64,000 bases of DNA, taken from NCBI RefSeq assembly GCF_003018115.1, contig NZ_CP027457.1; one strand, given 5' to 3'. Position numbers and translations under genes: made by a program. The notes below the pieces were generated by a model. It had not been told where the DNA came from, searched no databases, and was given only the letters and a program-made list of their open reading frames with translations. The stretch comes from Escherichia coli (GTDB taxonomy: Bacteria > Pseudomonadota > Gammaproteobacteria > Enterobacterales > Enterobacteriaceae). Below, piece by piece: positions 21,736-33,355 of this stretch (position 1 is the first letter of the stretch; every line of letters begins with the position of its first letter).

Positions 21736-22182
21736 TTACATACTGATTGGCAACGCCATGATGATGGCGTCTTCGCGACCGTCCGTGGTGGGGTAGTAAT
21801 TGCGGCGAATCGTCGCCTCGTTAAAGCCTAAACTTTCGTACAGGGCAATGGCGGCAGCGTTTGAAGCACGGACTTCCAGCCATAGTGTCGCCACGCCGCG
21901 TTTTTCCAGTTCGTCGATCAGATGTTCCAGCAGCACCCTTCCCAATCCCTGACGCTGATAGTCAGGATCGACCGCAATATTGAACAATGTAGCTTCATCC
22001 AGCACCACTTGCGTAATCGCAAACGCCGCCATTTTGCCGTTTTGCGTTAACTGAAAGTTGAGATAACGCTCGCCCTGGTTGCTGGCAAAGGTTTTTTCAC
22101 TCCACGGAAAGGCGTGGGCGCGTTGTTCAATGTGGTAAGCCGCTGGTAAATCAGTCGTTTCGAGGGAAGAAATCGTGTTCAT
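21736..22182 (-). CDS. rimI: ribosomal protein bS18 alanine N-acetyltransferase RimI (148 aa)
   Basis: ORF track 148 aa; GNAT motif QRQGLGR. Confidence 0.93.
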   Translation of the reverse strand: MNTISSLETTDLPAAYHIEQRAHAFPWSEKTFASNQGERYLNFQLTQNGKMAAFAITQVVLDEATLFNIAVDPDYQRQGLGRVLLEHLIDELEKRGVATLWLEVRASNAAAIALYESLGFNEATIRRNYYPTTDGREDAIIMALPISM

Positions 22183-22564
22183 ATGTGCAAATCTGTTGCC
22201 ATAACGCGGCGCGTGCCGTTGGGTTTGCCCGTAATTCGGTGAGCGCCGGTGATGCCACCTGAGCGCCTTCCAGTGATAGCGGTTCGTCAGTACCCAACCG
22301 CCAGCTGTTGCAGCGACTGCCTTGCGGCAGCATCGCGATTTTTTCTGGCGTCAGTTGCAGCACTTGATCGGGGCTGACGGTTAATGCGCGCAGAACATCG
22401 CTCACTAAAGGATCGGTCAGGGCGGGAAGATCGTTTGCCACCATCACCAGACGGACGTGTGCCGGGATCGCAATGGCAATCTCCCCCTGCAACGCGCCAG
22501 GGCGACGCAGCGACCACTGGGTAATGCCCAGTTGCTGTAACTGCCAGTCTCGTCGGGATGTCAT
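22151..22564 (-). CDS. holD: DNA polymerase III psi subunit HolD (137 aa)
   Basis: ORF track 137 aa; overlaps rimI start by 32 bp. Confidence 0.92.
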   Translation of the reverse strand: MTSRRDWQLQQLGITQWSLRRPGALQGEIAIAIPAHVRLVMVANDLPALTDPLVSDVLRALTVSPDQVLQLTPEKIAMLPQGSRCNSWRLGTDEPLSLEGAQVASPALTELRANPTARAALWQQICTYEHDFFPRND

Positions 22565-22666
22565 AGCGAATCGCTCCTGTTGTCAGGGGCGCAAATATAG
22601 CAAATTCGTCGATACCGCGCCAACATATGGCTATAATCGCCGCCAGTATCAATTGAGGAGCATTCC

Positions 22667-23698
22667 ATGTCTGCATTTACCCCGGCAAGTGAAGTCTTGC
22701 TGCGTCACAGTGATGATTTCGAACAAAGCCGTATTCTGTTTGCCGGAGACTTACAGGATGACCTGCCCGCGCGTTTAGATACCGCGGCCAGCCGTGCTCA
22801 TACCCAGCAATTCCACCACTGGCAGGTATTAAGCCGCCAGATGGGGGATAACGCCCGTTTCAGTCTGGTCGCCACGGTGGATGACGTCGCAGATTGCGAT
22901 ACGCTGATTTACTACTGGCCGAAGAACAAACCGGAAGCCCAGTTCCAGTTGATGAATTTACTTTCTCTGCTGCCAGTGGGGACAGATATTTTTGTCGTTG
23001 GCGAGAACCGCAGCGGCGTGCGCAGCGCCGAGCAGATGCTGGCAGATTATGCGCCGTTGAATAAAGTCGACAGCGCTCGTCGCTGTGGCCTCTATTTTGG
23101 TCGTCTGGAAAAACAGCCAGTATTTGATGCGGATAAATTCTGGGGCGAATACAGCGTCGATGGCCTGACGGTCAAAACGCTGCCTGGCGTGTTTAGCCGC
23201 GACGGTCTGGATGTCGGTAGCCAGTTGCTGCTCTCGACGTTAACTCCGCACACGAAAGGTAAAGTGCTGGATGTCGGCTGTGGCGCGGGTGTGCTTTCAG
23301 TTGCCTTTGCGCGCCATTCGCCGAAAATTCGTCTCACTCTGTGCGATGTCTCTGCGCCAGCGGTAGAAGCCAGCCGCGCAACACTTGCCGCCAACGGCGT
23401 TGAAGGTGAAGTCTTTGCCAGCAACGTCTTTTCCGAGGTGAAAGGTCGTTTTGATATGATCATCTCCAACCCGCCGTTCCACGATGGGATGCAAACCAGC
23501 CTCGATGCGGCGCAAACGCTGATTCGCGGCGCGGTGCGTCATCTTAATAGTGGCGGCGAGCTGCGAATTGTAGCCAACGCCTTCCTGCCTTACCCGGACG
23601 TGCTGGATGAGACATTTGGCTTCCACGAAGTGATCGCGCAAACCGGGCGCTTCAAGGTGTATCGCGCCATTATGACCCGCCAGGCGAAGAAAGGTTAA
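22667..23698 (+). CDS. rsmC: 16S rRNA m2G1207 methyltransferase RsmC (343 aa)
   Basis: ORF track 343 aa; SAM-binding VLDVGCGAG and NPPFH motifs. Confidence 0.95.
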   Translation: MSAFTPASEVLLRHSDDFEQSRILFAGDLQDDLPARLDTAASRAHTQQFHHWQVLSRQMGDNARFSLVATVDDVADCDTLIYYWPKNKPEAQFQLMNLLSLLPVGTDIFVVGENRSGVRSAEQMLADYAPLNKVDSARRCGLYFGRLEKQPVFDADKFWGEYSVDGLTVKTLPGVFSRDGLDVGSQLLLSTLTPHTKGKVLDVGCGAGVLSVAFARHSPKIRLTLCDVSAPAVEASRATLAANGVEGEVFASNVFSEVKGRFDMIISNPPFHDGMQTSLDAAQTLIRGAVRHLNSGGELRIVANAFLPYPDVLDETFGFHEVIAQTGRFKVYRAIMTRQAKKG

Positions 23699-23718
23699 GT
23701 ATCCCGCCGAATACTGTG

Positions 23719-23810
23719 TCGGATGCGGCGTGAACACCTTATCCGACCTACAAAACCTGCACGTTAGCCCTTCGTAGGCCAGATAAGACGCGCCAGCGTC
23801 GCATCTGGCA
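23719..23810. repeat. REP element pair downstream of rsmC
   Basis: GTCGGATGCGGCGTGAACACCTTATCCGACCTAC and inverted GTAGGCCAGATAAGACGCGCCAGCGTCGCATCTGGC. Confidence 0.8.
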
Positions 23811-23896
23811 TCTGCCCCCGCATGCCTACCAAACCTGCACGCTAGTTTCCTGATGGACATTTTTCCAGCAATTACACCTCCGGCGATAATTAACTA

Positions 23897-23924
23897 TTGA
23901 CGAAAAGCTGAAAACCACTAGAAT
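23897..23924 (+). promoter_or_regulatory. sigma-70 promoter of the tRNA-Leu operon
   Basis: TTGACG (23897-23902), 16-bp spacer, TAGAAT (23919-23924), then GC-rich discriminator GCGCCTCC; tRNA 5' end about 40 bp downstream. Confidence 0.7.
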
Positions 23925-23965
23925 GCGCCTCCGTGGTAGCAATTCTTTTTAAGAATTGATGGTAT

Positions 23966-24052
23966 GCGAAGGTGGCGGAATTGGTAGACGCGCTAGCTTC
24001 AGGTGTTAGTGTCCTTACGGACGTGGGGGTTCAAGTCCCCCCCCTCGCACCA
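23966..24052 (+). tRNA. leuV: tRNA-Leu (anticodon CAG), 87 nt
   Basis: GCGAAGGTGGCGGAATTGGTAGACGCGCTAGCTTCAGGTG...TCGCACCA with encoded CCA and long variable arm. Confidence 0.95.
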
Positions 24053-24080
24053 AAAACCACGTTGATATTGCTCGCACTGG

Positions 24081-24166
24081 GCGAAGGTGGCGGAATTGGT
24101 AGACGCGCTAGCTTCAGGTGTTAGTGTTCTTACGGACGTGGGGGTTCAAGTCCCCCCCTCGCACCA
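24081..24166 (+). tRNA. leuP: tRNA-Leu (anticodon CAG), variant copy of 86 nt
   Basis: same as flanking copies except C to T in the variable arm (GTGTTCTT vs GTGTCCTT) and a C-run of 7 instead of 8 at the T-stem/acceptor junction. Confidence 0.85.
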
Positions 24167-24200
24167 AACGAGGCGATATCAAAAAAAGTAAGATGACTGT

Positions 24201-24287
24201 GCGAAGGTGGCGGAATTGGTAGACGCGCTAGCTTCAGGTGTTAGTGTCCTTACGGACGTGGGGGTTCAAGTCCCCCCCCTCGCACCA
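24201..24287 (+). tRNA. leuQ: tRNA-Leu (anticodon CAG), 87 nt
   Basis: identical to the first copy. Confidence 0.95.
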
Positions 24288-24325
24288 ATTATCTTTACTT
24301 CCTTTCTTGTTTCTTCCCTGTTTTA

Positions 24326-24562
24326 TCATCCCTGATTCAAATTCATTATCATCAGCATGATGCCAGCAATAAGCGCCAGGCACGATGGTAGCAAAACGTA
24401 ATGCCGCAACTGTTTGTGATACAGCATCATCGGCGTCAATACTAATCCCATCAGAATGATAATCCGCCATTGATCCGGCGATAAATCCGCATACATCAGC
24501 CCTGCAATCAGCAATCCCGGCAGCAACACTCCCCAGCCACTGCCCAGCGTACGTTGCAACAT
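24326..24562 (-). CDS. yjjZ: small inner-membrane protein YjjZ (78 aa)
   Basis: ORF track; start at internal ATG giving MLQRTLGSGWGVLLPGLLIAGLMYADL. Confidence 0.8.
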   Translation of the reverse strand: MLQRTLGSGWGVLLPGLLIAGLMYADLSPDQWRIIILMGLVLTPMMLYHKQLRHYVLLPSCLALIAGIMLMIMNLNQG

Positions 24563-24580
24563 GGTTTCATCTCTTTCATT

Positions 24581-24619
24581 GATAATGATAACCAATATCA
24601 TATGATAATTTTTATCATT
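24581..24619. promoter_or_regulatory. Fur box(es) in the yjjZ-fhuF divergent promoter
   Basis: GATAATGATAACCAATATCATATGATAATTTTTATCATT, close to the GATAATGATAATCATTATC consensus. Confidence 0.7.
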
Positions 24620-24667
24620 TGCAAGCCAGAGAAATCCCTTGCTATCGGGTAAACCTATCGCTAGGAT

Positions 24668-24687
24668 TAGCAATCATTATCATTTAG
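24668..24687. promoter_or_regulatory. second Fur-box-like site just upstream of fhuF
   Basis: GCAATCATTATCATTTAG. Confidence 0.55.
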
Positions 24688-24702
24688 ATTACTATCCCGA
24701 TT

Positions 24703-25491
24703 ATGGCCTATCGTTCCGCACCGCTCTATGAAGATGTTATCTGGCGAACGCATCTCCAGCCACAGGATGCTGGGCTTGCACAAGCCGTACGTGCGACGAT
24801 CGCCAAACATCGTGAACATTTGCTGGAGTTTATCCGCCTGGATGACCCCGCTCCGCTTAACGCCATGACGCTGGCGCAATGGTCATCACCGAATGCGCTA
24901 AGTTCTCTACTCGCGGTCTATTCCGATCATATCTATCGCAACCAACCAACGATGATCCGCGAGAACAAACCGCTGATCTCACTATGGGCACAATGGTATA
25001 TCGGCCTGATGGTGCCACCATTAATGCTGGCGCTACTGACGCAGGAAAAAGCATTAGATGTGTCGCCTGAACATTTCCATGCTGAGTTTCACGAAACCGG
25101 ACGCGTCGCCTGTTTCTGGGTCGATGTGTGTGAAGATAAAAACGCAACACCACATTCGCCGCAGCAGCGAATGGAAACGTTAATCAGCCAGGCGCTGGTT
25201 CCGGTTGTGCAGGCACTAGAAGCGACCGGAGAGATCAACGGCAAACTTATCTGGAGTAATACCGGTTATTTGATCAACTGGTATCTCACTGAGATGAAGC
25301 AACTGCTCGGCGAGGCTACTGTTGAATCGCTGCGCCATGCCCTCTTTTTTGAGAAAACGCTCACGAACGGTGAAGATAATCCACTCTGGCGTACCGTGGT
25401 ACTGCGCGACGGCCTGCTGGTGCGCCGCACTTGCTGCCAGCGTTATCGCTTACCGGATGTGCAGCAATGTGGCGATTGTACGCTGAAATGA
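24703..25491 (+). CDS. fhuF: ferric-siderophore reductase FhuF (2Fe-2S, 262 aa)
   Basis: ORF track 262 aa; C-terminal C-C-x10-C-x2-C cluster. Confidence 0.95.
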   Translation: MAYRSAPLYEDVIWRTHLQPQDAGLAQAVRATIAKHREHLLEFIRLDDPAPLNAMTLAQWSSPNALSSLLAVYSDHIYRNQPTMIRENKPLISLWAQWYIGLMVPPLMLALLTQEKALDVSPEHFHAEFHETGRVACFWVDVCEDKNATPHSPQQRMETLISQALVPVVQALEATGEINGKLIWSNTGYLINWYLTEMKQLLGEATVESLRHALFFEKTLTNGEDNPLWRTVVLRDGLLVRRTCCQRYRLPDVQQCGDCTLK

Positions 25492-25528
25492 AAGCACTGC
25501 CGGGGAAGTAAACCCGGCATCATGCGGA

Positions 25529-26206
25529 TTAATAGGGATGCAACACATTACTTGCTTCGCAATGCCGCATACATAACAGAATATCTGCGGCCTCCAACAA
25601 CCCTGCATCAGAACTGACGCCCAGTTTCGACATCACATTAAATTTATGCGCTCGGATCGTTTTGATATTACGTTTAAGCTGCTCGGCAATTTGTGTCATT
25701 GAGTAGCCACGCGACATAAAGCGCAATATTTCTCTCTCCGTCGGGCTTAGCGTCCGGCTTTGGTTAATGTACCACTGATTGTTCAGTCGGTCGGTCGCCT
25801 GACGTACACCATTTAATGACAAAAAGAGTTCCTGATGAAAAATCTCCAGCGTTGACGCTTTACTTAATACACCGTCCAGCGGTGATGGCGACAATGAACC
25901 AATCAGCCGAGCTTCAATATCATCATCCGCAATAACTAAACGCCGGGTACGCGGAAACTTAATCGCCAGTTCAGTCAGGCAAGATAATCCCTCTCTGCGC
26001 TCACTTCTCATGGCAGAAAAAGAAAAAATGACCGCCGCAAACGAGATCCGCGACATGGCATCCTGAAATGACTCCTGACTGGTATAGGTATGGAGCTTAT
26101 AAGGGTTACCCGCAAACTTTCTGAATAAACTCTCAATACCGATACTACTCATGACGCATTTTTCTATGAGTGCGACATTTCTCTTCTTAATTCGGCTGTG
26201 TTCCAT
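25529..26206 (-). CDS. bglJ: LuxR-family transcriptional regulator BglJ (225 aa)
   Basis: ORF track; C-terminal LuxR-type HTH. Confidence 0.9.
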   Translation of the reverse strand: MEHSRIKKRNVALIEKCVMSSIGIESLFRKFAGNPYKLHTYTSQESFQDAMSRISFAAVIFSFSAMRSERREGLSCLTELAIKFPRTRRLVIADDDIEARLIGSLSPSPLDGVLSKASTLEIFHQELFLSLNGVRQATDRLNNQWYINQSRTLSPTEREILRFMSRGYSMTQIAEQLKRNIKTIRAHKFNVMSKLGVSSDAGLLEAADILLCMRHCEASNVLHPY

Positions 26207-26889
26207 TCTGCGGCATCTCCATAAACAGAAGGCAAGTTAAGTTCTCTTGCACCCTGCGCGCTATTTATCCATGCATACATTTCAGCGTTGCTGTGAATTG
26301 CCAGTCGACGCATCGCACTGTTTTTTTGGGCGCTGATAGTTTTATTACTTTTCTTAAGCAATGAAGCTATCTGGTTGATGCCCCATCCTTTACCTAATAG
26401 CCGCAGTACCTTGCGCTCTGAAAGAGTGAGAATGACGGAGCGATAGCTAAAATCATGAGTTTCAGTCATTGCCGGAGAGGTCAGCATGGCGCTGATACGC
26501 TCTGCGTGCGTATTGCCGGAACGTACGGTCTTGACCAGATTCTCAATGGGTTCAACATCAGACAATAACGTCGCCGTAGGGCACATGAGCAGTTCTACTG
26601 CCTGGGAATACCAGGAGCGTGACACCATGAAAACCCAGTGAATTTCCCGATATTGTGAGATTAAAGAATAATAATGTTCACAAACAGAACGTGGATCTTC
26701 ACTTTCACCGGCTAAATCAGCAATGACTAATCCGGAACGACGTAATTGTAATAAGGTAAGGTCCTCCGCAGAGGCGCTGGATATTATTTCATATTCAGGG
26801 AAGTGAGTCCTAATGACCTCTTTTAACCCTGCTTGCATAACAGGTATTTTACTGATAACAATTCCATTTTTGCAGCATCCTGGCAACAT
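26164..26889 (-). CDS. yjjQ: LuxR-family transcriptional regulator YjjQ (241 aa)
   Basis: ORF track; C-terminal LuxR HTH; overlaps bglJ start by 43 bp. Confidence 0.9.
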   Translation of the reverse strand: MLPGCCKNGIVISKIPVMQAGLKEVIRTHFPEYEIISSASAEDLTLLQLRRSGLVIADLAGESEDPRSVCEHYYSLISQYREIHWVFMVSRSWYSQAVELLMCPTATLLSDVEPIENLVKTVRSGNTHAERISAMLTSPAMTETHDFSYRSVILTLSERKVLRLLGKGWGINQIASLLKKSNKTISAQKNSAMRRLAIHSNAEMYAWINSAQGARELNLPSVYGDAAEWNTAELRREMSHS

Positions 26890-27507
26890 ATTTCCTCCAC
26901 ATCCACTGTCTAAAAATTATGATGGTTTATTCAGGATATTCATTCCTTAAATGTTTCCAGCAAATTAATAGATTAAGCGAATAAATTATCCTTAGCATTC
27001 ACTTTCATATCAGCATACTCCTGCTGCACAACAACTCCACTGCATGTGTCAGAAGGTTAGCATCAAATGATAACCTGGTGAAATAGCCTGGAGACATTTA
27101 AAATATCTACATTAAGTTGTTAGGAATACTTAATGAAAAACAGAAATCACATTCATTTAATTTATAATTAAATGATATCCCTTCCCGCAGAATGCAAAAT
27201 CACACAACCAATATTTATTCAATGAAATCTGATGGTTTTAGCTTGTTAACATTAAAAAACGTGCCCGGTTATCTATTATCCTGATTCGTAAAGGCCAAAC
27301 AATAAATTCATTATGATGATAATATTCATGTGATAGTTTGTTTGCGGCGAGAGATAATTCGCTTTTTATCACCGAGCTTCTCCCGATAACCAGGATTAAT
27401 CAGCGCAATTTTGATCTTAACCTACCGCAAAACAACCGTGCTTCATGATACAAATGGATTCTCATTATCTGAACAATACGCAGCACGTCTATGACAAAGG
27501 GCGAGTT

Positions 27508-28278
27508 ATGCAAACTGAGCAACAGCGAGCCGTAACGCGGCTTTGTATCCAGTGTGGATTATTTCTTCTGCAACATGGTGCGGAAAGCGCGTTGGTTGAT
27601 GAGCTTTCCTCACGACTGGGTCGGGCGCTGGGAATGGACAGCGTTGAAAGTTCTATCTCTTCGAACGCCATAGTGCTGACAACCATTAAAGATGGGCAAT
27701 GCCTGACATCGACACGTAAAAATCACGATCGCGGCATTAATATGCATGTGGTGACTGAAGTCCAGCACATTGTGATTCTGGCGGAGCACCATCTGCTGGA
27801 TTACAAAGGCGTAGAGAAACGATTTAGCCAAATTCAGCCATTACGTTACCCAAGATGGCTGGTAGCCTTAATGGTTGGCCTTTCCTGCGCCTGTTTCTGT
27901 AAACTCAATAAAGGTGGCTGGGATGGTGCCGTCATCACCTTCTTTGCCAGTACGGCCGCGATGTATATCCGCCAGCTGCTGGCACAACGTCATCTTCATC
28001 CACAGATCAACTTTTGCCTCACCGCTTTCGCCGCCACCACTATTTCCGGTTTGCTTTTGCAACTTCCCACCTTCAGCAATACACCCACCATTGCGATGGC
28101 CGCCAGCGTTCTGCTGCTGGTGCCGAGATTTCCGTTGATAAATGCCGTCGCCGATATGTTTAAAGGCCACATCAATACCGGACTGGCACGCTGGGCGATC
28201 GCCAGTCTGCTGACACTGGCTACCTGCGTCGGCGTGGTGATGGCACTGACGATTTGGGGGCTACGCGGATGGGTGTGA
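27508..28278 (+). CDS. yjjP: inner membrane protein YjjP (ThrE-family, 256 aa)
   Basis: ORF track; start at internal ATG giving [32 protein letters not shown]. Confidence 0.9.
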   Translation: MQTEQQRAVTRLCIQCGLFLLQHGAESALVDELSSRLGRALGMDSVESSISSNAIVLTTIKDGQCLTSTRKNHDRGINMHVVTEVQHIVILAEHHLLDYKGVEKRFSQIQPLRYPRWLVALMVGLSCACFCKLNKGGWDGAVITFFASTAAMYIRQLLAQRHLHPQINFCLTAFAATTISGLLLQLPTFSNTPTIAMAASVLLLVPRFPLINAVADMFKGHINTGLARWAIASLLTLATCVGVVMALTIWGLRGWV

Positions 28279-28742
28279 TCGAGTTTCTGTTTGCATTGGC
28301 GCAGGATATGATCCTCGCCGCCATTCCAGCGGTCGGCTTTGCGATGGTGTTCAACGTTCCCGTTCGGGCATTACGCTGGTGTGCGCTGCTTGGCGCGATT
28401 GGTCATGGTTCACGAATGATCTTAATGACCAGCGGGCTGAATATTGAGTGGTCAACCTTTATGGCTTCTATGCTGGTCGGCACCATTGGTATTCAATGGT
28501 CGCGCTGGTATCTGGCGCATCCGAAAGTGTTTACCGTGGCGGCCGTTATCCCTATGTTCCCGGGCATATCGGCTTATACCGCAATGATTTCGGCGGTAAA
28601 AATCAGCCAGTTAGGTTACAGCGAACCGTTGATGATTACCCTGTTAACCAACTTTCTTACAGCTTCATCGATTGTTGGTGCGTTATCCATCGGTCTTTCC
28701 ATTCCTGGATTATGGTTGTACCGCAAGCGCCCTCGCGTATAA
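28269..28742 (+). CDS. yjjB: inner membrane protein YjjB (157 aa)
   Basis: ORF track; start at internal ATG giving [13 protein letters not shown]; overlaps yjjP end by 10 bp. Confidence 0.9.
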   Translation: MGVIEFLFALAQDMILAAIPAVGFAMVFNVPVRALRWCALLGAIGHGSRMILMTSGLNIEWSTFMASMLVGTIGIQWSRWYLAHPKVFTVAAVIPMFPGISAYTAMISAVKISQLGYSEPLMITLLTNFLTASSIVGALSIGLSIPGLWLYRKRPRV

Positions 28743-28848
28743 AATTGCCTCGCTTAAGCACACGGATGAGAGACAGCCTCCTCTCCTCCGTGTGTTACTA
28801 TAAAAGTTATCTCCCTTCTCGTTCATCGTTCCATATTTGAGAAACAGT

Positions 28849-29388
28849 ATGTCTTCCAGAGTTTTGACCCCGGACGTCGTTGGTATTGACGCCCTGGTAC
28901 ACGATCACCAAACCGTTCTGGCAAAAGCTGAAGGCGGTGTGGTTGCCGTATTTGCTAACAATGCCCCGGCGTTTTATGCCGTCACGCCTGCACGCCTGGC
29001 TGAACTGCTGGCGCTGGAAGAAAAGCTGGCGCGTCCGGGAAGCGATGTCGCTCTGGACGATCAACTCTATCAGGAACCGCAAGCCGCTCCCGTTGCTGTC
29101 CCCATGGGGAAATTCGCCATGTATCCGGACTGGCAACCCGATGCCGACTTTATCCGCCTGGCGGCGCTATGGGGCGTGGCGCTAAGAGAGCCGGTGACCA
29201 CCGAAGAACTGGCCTCATTCATTGCCTACTGGCAGGCGGAAGGTAAAGTCTTTCACCATGTGCAGTGGCAACAAAAACTGGCGCGCAGCCTGCAAATCGG
29301 TCGTGCCAGCAACGGCGGACTGCCGAAACGAGATGTGAATACGGTCAGCGAACCTGACAGCCAAATTCCACCAGGATTCAGAGGGTAA
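28849..29388 (+). CDS. dnaT: primosomal protein DnaT (179 aa)
   Basis: ORF track; start at internal ATG giving [21 protein letters not shown]. Confidence 0.93.
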
Positions 29389-29390
29389 CG

Positions 29391-30128
29391 ATGAAAAACG
29401 TTGGCGACCTGATGCAACGCCTGCAAAAAATGATGCCTGCCCATATCAAACCTGCATTCAAAACGGGTGAAGAACTACTGGCCTGGCAGAAAGAACAAGG
29501 AGCGATCCGCTCCGCCGCTCTCGAACGTGAAAATCGGGCGATGAAAATGCAGCGCACCTTTAACCGCTCCGGTATTCGTCCACTGCATCAGAACTGCTCC
29601 TTTGAGAACTATCGCGTTGAGTGTGAAGGGCAGATGAATGCGTTAAGCAAAGCGCGCCAGTACGTCGAAGAGTTTGACGGCAACATCGCCAGCTTCATCT
29701 TTTCTGGTAAGCCAGGAACCGGCAAAAACCATCTGGCGGCGGCAATCTGCAACGAGCTGCTGCTACGCGGTAAATCCGTATTGATCATCACCGTGGCCGA
29801 TATTATGTCGGCGATGAAAGATACCTTCAGGAATAGCGGTACCAGCGAAGAACAACTGCTTAACGATCTGAGCAACGTTGATCTGCTGGTGATCGATGAG
29901 ATCGGCGTGCAGACCGAATCGAAATACGAAAAAGTGATCATCAACCAGATCGTCGATCGCCGCTCTTCTTCCAAACGCCCAACCGGGATGCTGACCAACA
30001 GTAATATGGAAGAGATGACCAAGTTGCTGGGCGAACGCGTGATGGACCGTATGCGCCTGGGTAACAGTTTGTGGGTGATCTTCAACTGGGATAGCTACCG
30101 TAGCCGGGTAACAGGTAAAGAGTATTAA
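29391..30128 (+). CDS. dnaC: helicase loader DnaC (245 aa)
   Basis: ORF track 245 aa; Walker A GKPGTGKNHLAAA; starts 3 bp after dnaT. Confidence 0.96.
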   Translation: MKNVGDLMQRLQKMMPAHIKPAFKTGEELLAWQKEQGAIRSAALERENRAMKMQRTFNRSGIRPLHQNCSFENYRVECEGQMNALSKARQYVEEFDGNIASFIFSGKPGTGKNHLAAAICNELLLRGKSVLIITVADIMSAMKDTFRNSGTSEEQLLNDLSNVDLLVIDEIGVQTESKYEKVIINQIVDRRSSSKRPTGMLTNSNMEEMTKLLGERVMDRMRLGNSLWVIFNWDSYRSRVTGKEY

Positions 30129-30173
30129 TCCCCGTTTCTGGCGGTATACTGCGACACAATTCCACCTTGAGTA

Positions 30174-30671
30174 ATGATGATGAAAACTGTTAAACATCTT
30201 CTGTGCTGTGCCATTGCCGCCAGCGCATTAATTTCCACCGGGGTGCATGCTGCGTCCTGGAAAGATGCGCTCTCCAGCGCCGCCAGCGAACTTGGCAACC
30301 AAAACAGCACGACACAGGAAGGCGGTTGGTCGCTCGCGTCATTAACTAACTTGCTTAGCAGCGGAAACCAGGCCTTAAGCGCAGATAACATGAACAATGC
30401 CGCAGGCATTCTGCAATACTGCGCGAAGCAAAAGCTGGCGTCGGTAACCGATGCCGAAAACATCAAGAATCAGGTGCTGGAAAAGCTGGGCCTGAACAGT
30501 GAAGAGCAAAAAGAAGACACCAACTATCTGGACGGTATTCAGGGTTTGCTGAAAACCAAAGATGGTCAGCAACTCAATCTGGATAACATCGGAACAACTC
30601 CGCTGGCAGAAAAGGTGAAAACCAAAGCCTGCGATCTGGTGTTAAAGCAGGGGCTGAACTTCATTTCCTGA
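30174..30671 (+). CDS. yjjA: periplasmic protein YjjA (about 164 aa; exact start among the three N-terminal Met codons is uncertain)
   Basis: ORF track; signal-peptide-like N-terminus. Confidence 0.8.
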   Translation: MMMKTVKHLLCCAIAASALISTGVHAASWKDALSSAASELGNQNSTTQEGGWSLASLTNLLSSGNQALSADNMNNAAGILQYCAKQKLASVTDAENIKNQVLEKLGLNSEEQKEDTNYLDGIQGLLKTKDGQQLNLDNIGTTPLAEKVKTKACDLVLKQGLNFIS

Positions 30672-30924
30672 ACCGCGAAACGCCGCGTTTTAGCTGTTAC
30701 CCGGCTGACGCGGCTCTCTCCTGCCCTTTTCCCTGCTCCTGGACGGTTTTCCCCCTGTTACACGGGAAGCGACCGCGATCAAAAAAGTCTGTTTATAAAC
30801 TAATTCCTAACAACATCGCATTTTTTTGACACTAGAATTGCAGCAATATGGCGACGCCATTACATTGTGCTTCTCAAAAAGCTTAAACGTTGGCTAAACG
30901 GCCCGGTTTAGTGAGGATCGCCCG

Positions 30925-33216
30925 TTGTCAGAACTACTCTCTTTCGCCCTTTTTCTCGCCTCTGTGCTGATTTACGCATGGAAAGCGGGACGTAACACCT
31001 GGTGGTTTGCAGCCACATTAACGGTGCTGGGGCTATTTGTCGTTTTAAATATCACCCTGTTTGCCAGCGACTATTTTACTGGCGATGGTATTAACGACGC
31101 GGTTCTCTATACCTTAACCAACAGCCTGACCGGTGCTGGCGTCAGCAAATACATCCTGCCGGGTATCGGCATTGTGCTGGGGCTGACAGCGGTGTTCGGT
31201 GCGCTGGGCTGGATCCTGCGCCGTCGTCGCCATCATCCGCACCATTTTGGTTACAGCCTGCTGGCGCTCTTACTGGCGCTGGGTTCGGTGGACGCCAGCC
31301 CAGCATTTCGTCAGATAACGGAACTGGTGAAATCCCAGTCACGCGATGGCGACCCGGACTTTGCGGCTTATTATAAAGAGCCGTCGAAAACTATCCCTGA
31401 CCCGAAACTCAACCTGGTTTATATCTACGGCGAAAGTCTCGAGCGGACCTATTTTGATAACGAAGCTTTCCCGGATCTCACGCCTGAACTGGGCGCGTTG
31501 AAAAATGAAGGCCTGGATTTCAGCCACACGCAGCAGCTGCCAGGAACGGATTACACGATTGCGGGCATGGTGGCTTCTCAGTGCGGCATACCGCTGTTTG
31601 CCCCCTTTGAAGGCAACGCCTCCGCCTCTGTCTCCAGCTTCTTCCCGCAGAACATCTGTCTGGGCGATATCCTGAAAAACTCGGGTTATCAGAACTATTT
31701 CGTGCAGGGCGCGAATCTGCGTTTTGCCGGTAAAGATGTGTTCCTGAAGTCGCATGGCTTCGACCACTTATACGGCTCAGAAGAGCTGAAAAGCGTGGTG
31801 GCCGACCCGCACTATCGCAACGACTGGGGATTCTACGACGATACCGTTCTCGATGAAGCGTGGAAAAAGTTTGAAGAGCTTTCCCGCTCAGGTCAGCGAT
31901 TCTCACTGTTTACCCTGACAGTCGATACCCATCACCCGGATGGTTTTATCTCGCGTACCTGTAACCGCAAAAAATATGATTTTGACGGTAAGCCGAACCA
32001 GTCATTCAGCGCGGTAAGTTGCAGCCAGGAGAATATCGCGGCGTTTATCAACAAAATCAAAGCGTCACCGTGGTTTAAAGATACCGTCATCGTCGTCTCT
32101 TCTGACCATTTAGCGATGAACAACACGGCGTGGAAATACCTTAATAAGCAGGATCGCAATAACCTGTTTTTTGTCATTCGTGGCGACAAGCCGCAGCAAG
32201 AGACGCTGGCAGTGAAGCGTAACACGATGGATAACGGCGCGACGGTGCTGGACATTCTCGGTGGCGATAACTATCTCGGACTTGGTCGTAGCAGTTTATC
32301 CGGGCAGTCAATGTCGGAAATCTTCCTCAATATCAAAGAGAAAACATTGGCGTGGAAGCCGGATATCATCCGCCTGTGGAAATTCCCTAAAGAGATGAAA
32401 GAGTTCACCATCGACCAGCAGAAAAACATGATTGCCTTCTCGGGTAGCCATTTCCGTTTGCCGCTGCTGTTGCGGGTTTCAGACAAACGCGTGGAACCGC
32501 TGCCGGAAAGCGAATACTCAGCACCGCTGCGTTTCCAGCTGGCCGATTTCGCTCCACGCGACAATTTCGTCTGGGTTGACCGTTGCTATAAGATGGCACA
32601 ACTCTGGGCTCCGGAACTGGCACTCTCCACCGACTGGTGTGTCTCGCAAGGGCAGCTTGGCGGTCAGCAAATTGTTCAGCATGTTGACAAAACAACATGG
32701 CAGGGCAAAACGGCATTTAAAGATACGGTCATCGACATGGCGCGTTATAAAGGCAATGTCGATACGCTGAAAATTGTTGATAACGATATTCGCTACAAAG
32801 CCGACAGTTTCATCTTCAACGTCGCCGGTGCGCCAGAAGAGGTGAAACAGTTTAGTGGGATTTCCCGTCCAGAGTCGTGGGGCCGCTGGTCCAACGCGCA
32901 GCTGGGCGATGAAGTAAAAATCGAGTACAAGCATCCGCTGCCGAAGAAATTTGACCTGGTGATTACCGCCAAAGCATACGGCAATAACGCCAGCCGTCCT
33001 ATTCCGGTACGCGTAGGCAATGAAGAACAAACTCTTGTGCTGGGCAATGAAGTGACCACCACCACACTGCATTTCGATAACCCAACCGATGCCGACACAC
33101 TGGTAATTGTGCCGCCGGAACCTGTCTCAACCAACGAAGGGAATATCCTCGGACACTCGCCGCGTAAGCTCGGGATCGGCATGGTGGAAATTAAAGTTGT
33201 GGAACGTGAAGGGTAA
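30925..33216 (+). CDS. opgB: phosphoglycerol transferase I OpgB/MdoB (763 aa, TTG start)
   Basis: ORF track 763 aa; N-terminal transmembrane segments then sulfatase-like domain. Confidence 0.95.
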
Positions 33217-33225
33217 TTTCTGACT

Positions 33226-33260
33226 GATGTGTAGGTCGCATAAGGTGCGACCTACACATC
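33226..33260. repeat. perfect 15-bp-arm palindrome downstream of opgB (REP-like hairpin, possible terminator)
   Basis: GATGTGTAGGTCGCA-TAAGG-TGCGACCTACACATC. Confidence 0.6.
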
Positions 33261-33355
33261 TTCTCCGGCCTACAAAACATCATTGAGAAACAGAAAAAAA
33301 ACAGCGCCCAACACTTCCCCGGACGCTGCATGGCAACTTTAATAATCTCGCCTTA

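Noticed and set aside
23966-24287. Possible genomic-island integration site at the tRNA-Leu cluster
   Set aside because: No integrase, direct-repeat duplication of a tRNA 3' end, or foreign gene block adjacent; yjjZ and fhuF follow directly as in the core genome.
26890-27507. 618-bp AT-rich gap between yjjQ and yjjP as a possible unannotated gene or mobile-element remnant
   Set aside because: No ORF of convincing length or codon usage and no terminal repeats; consistent with a long H-NS-type silenced divergent regulatory region.
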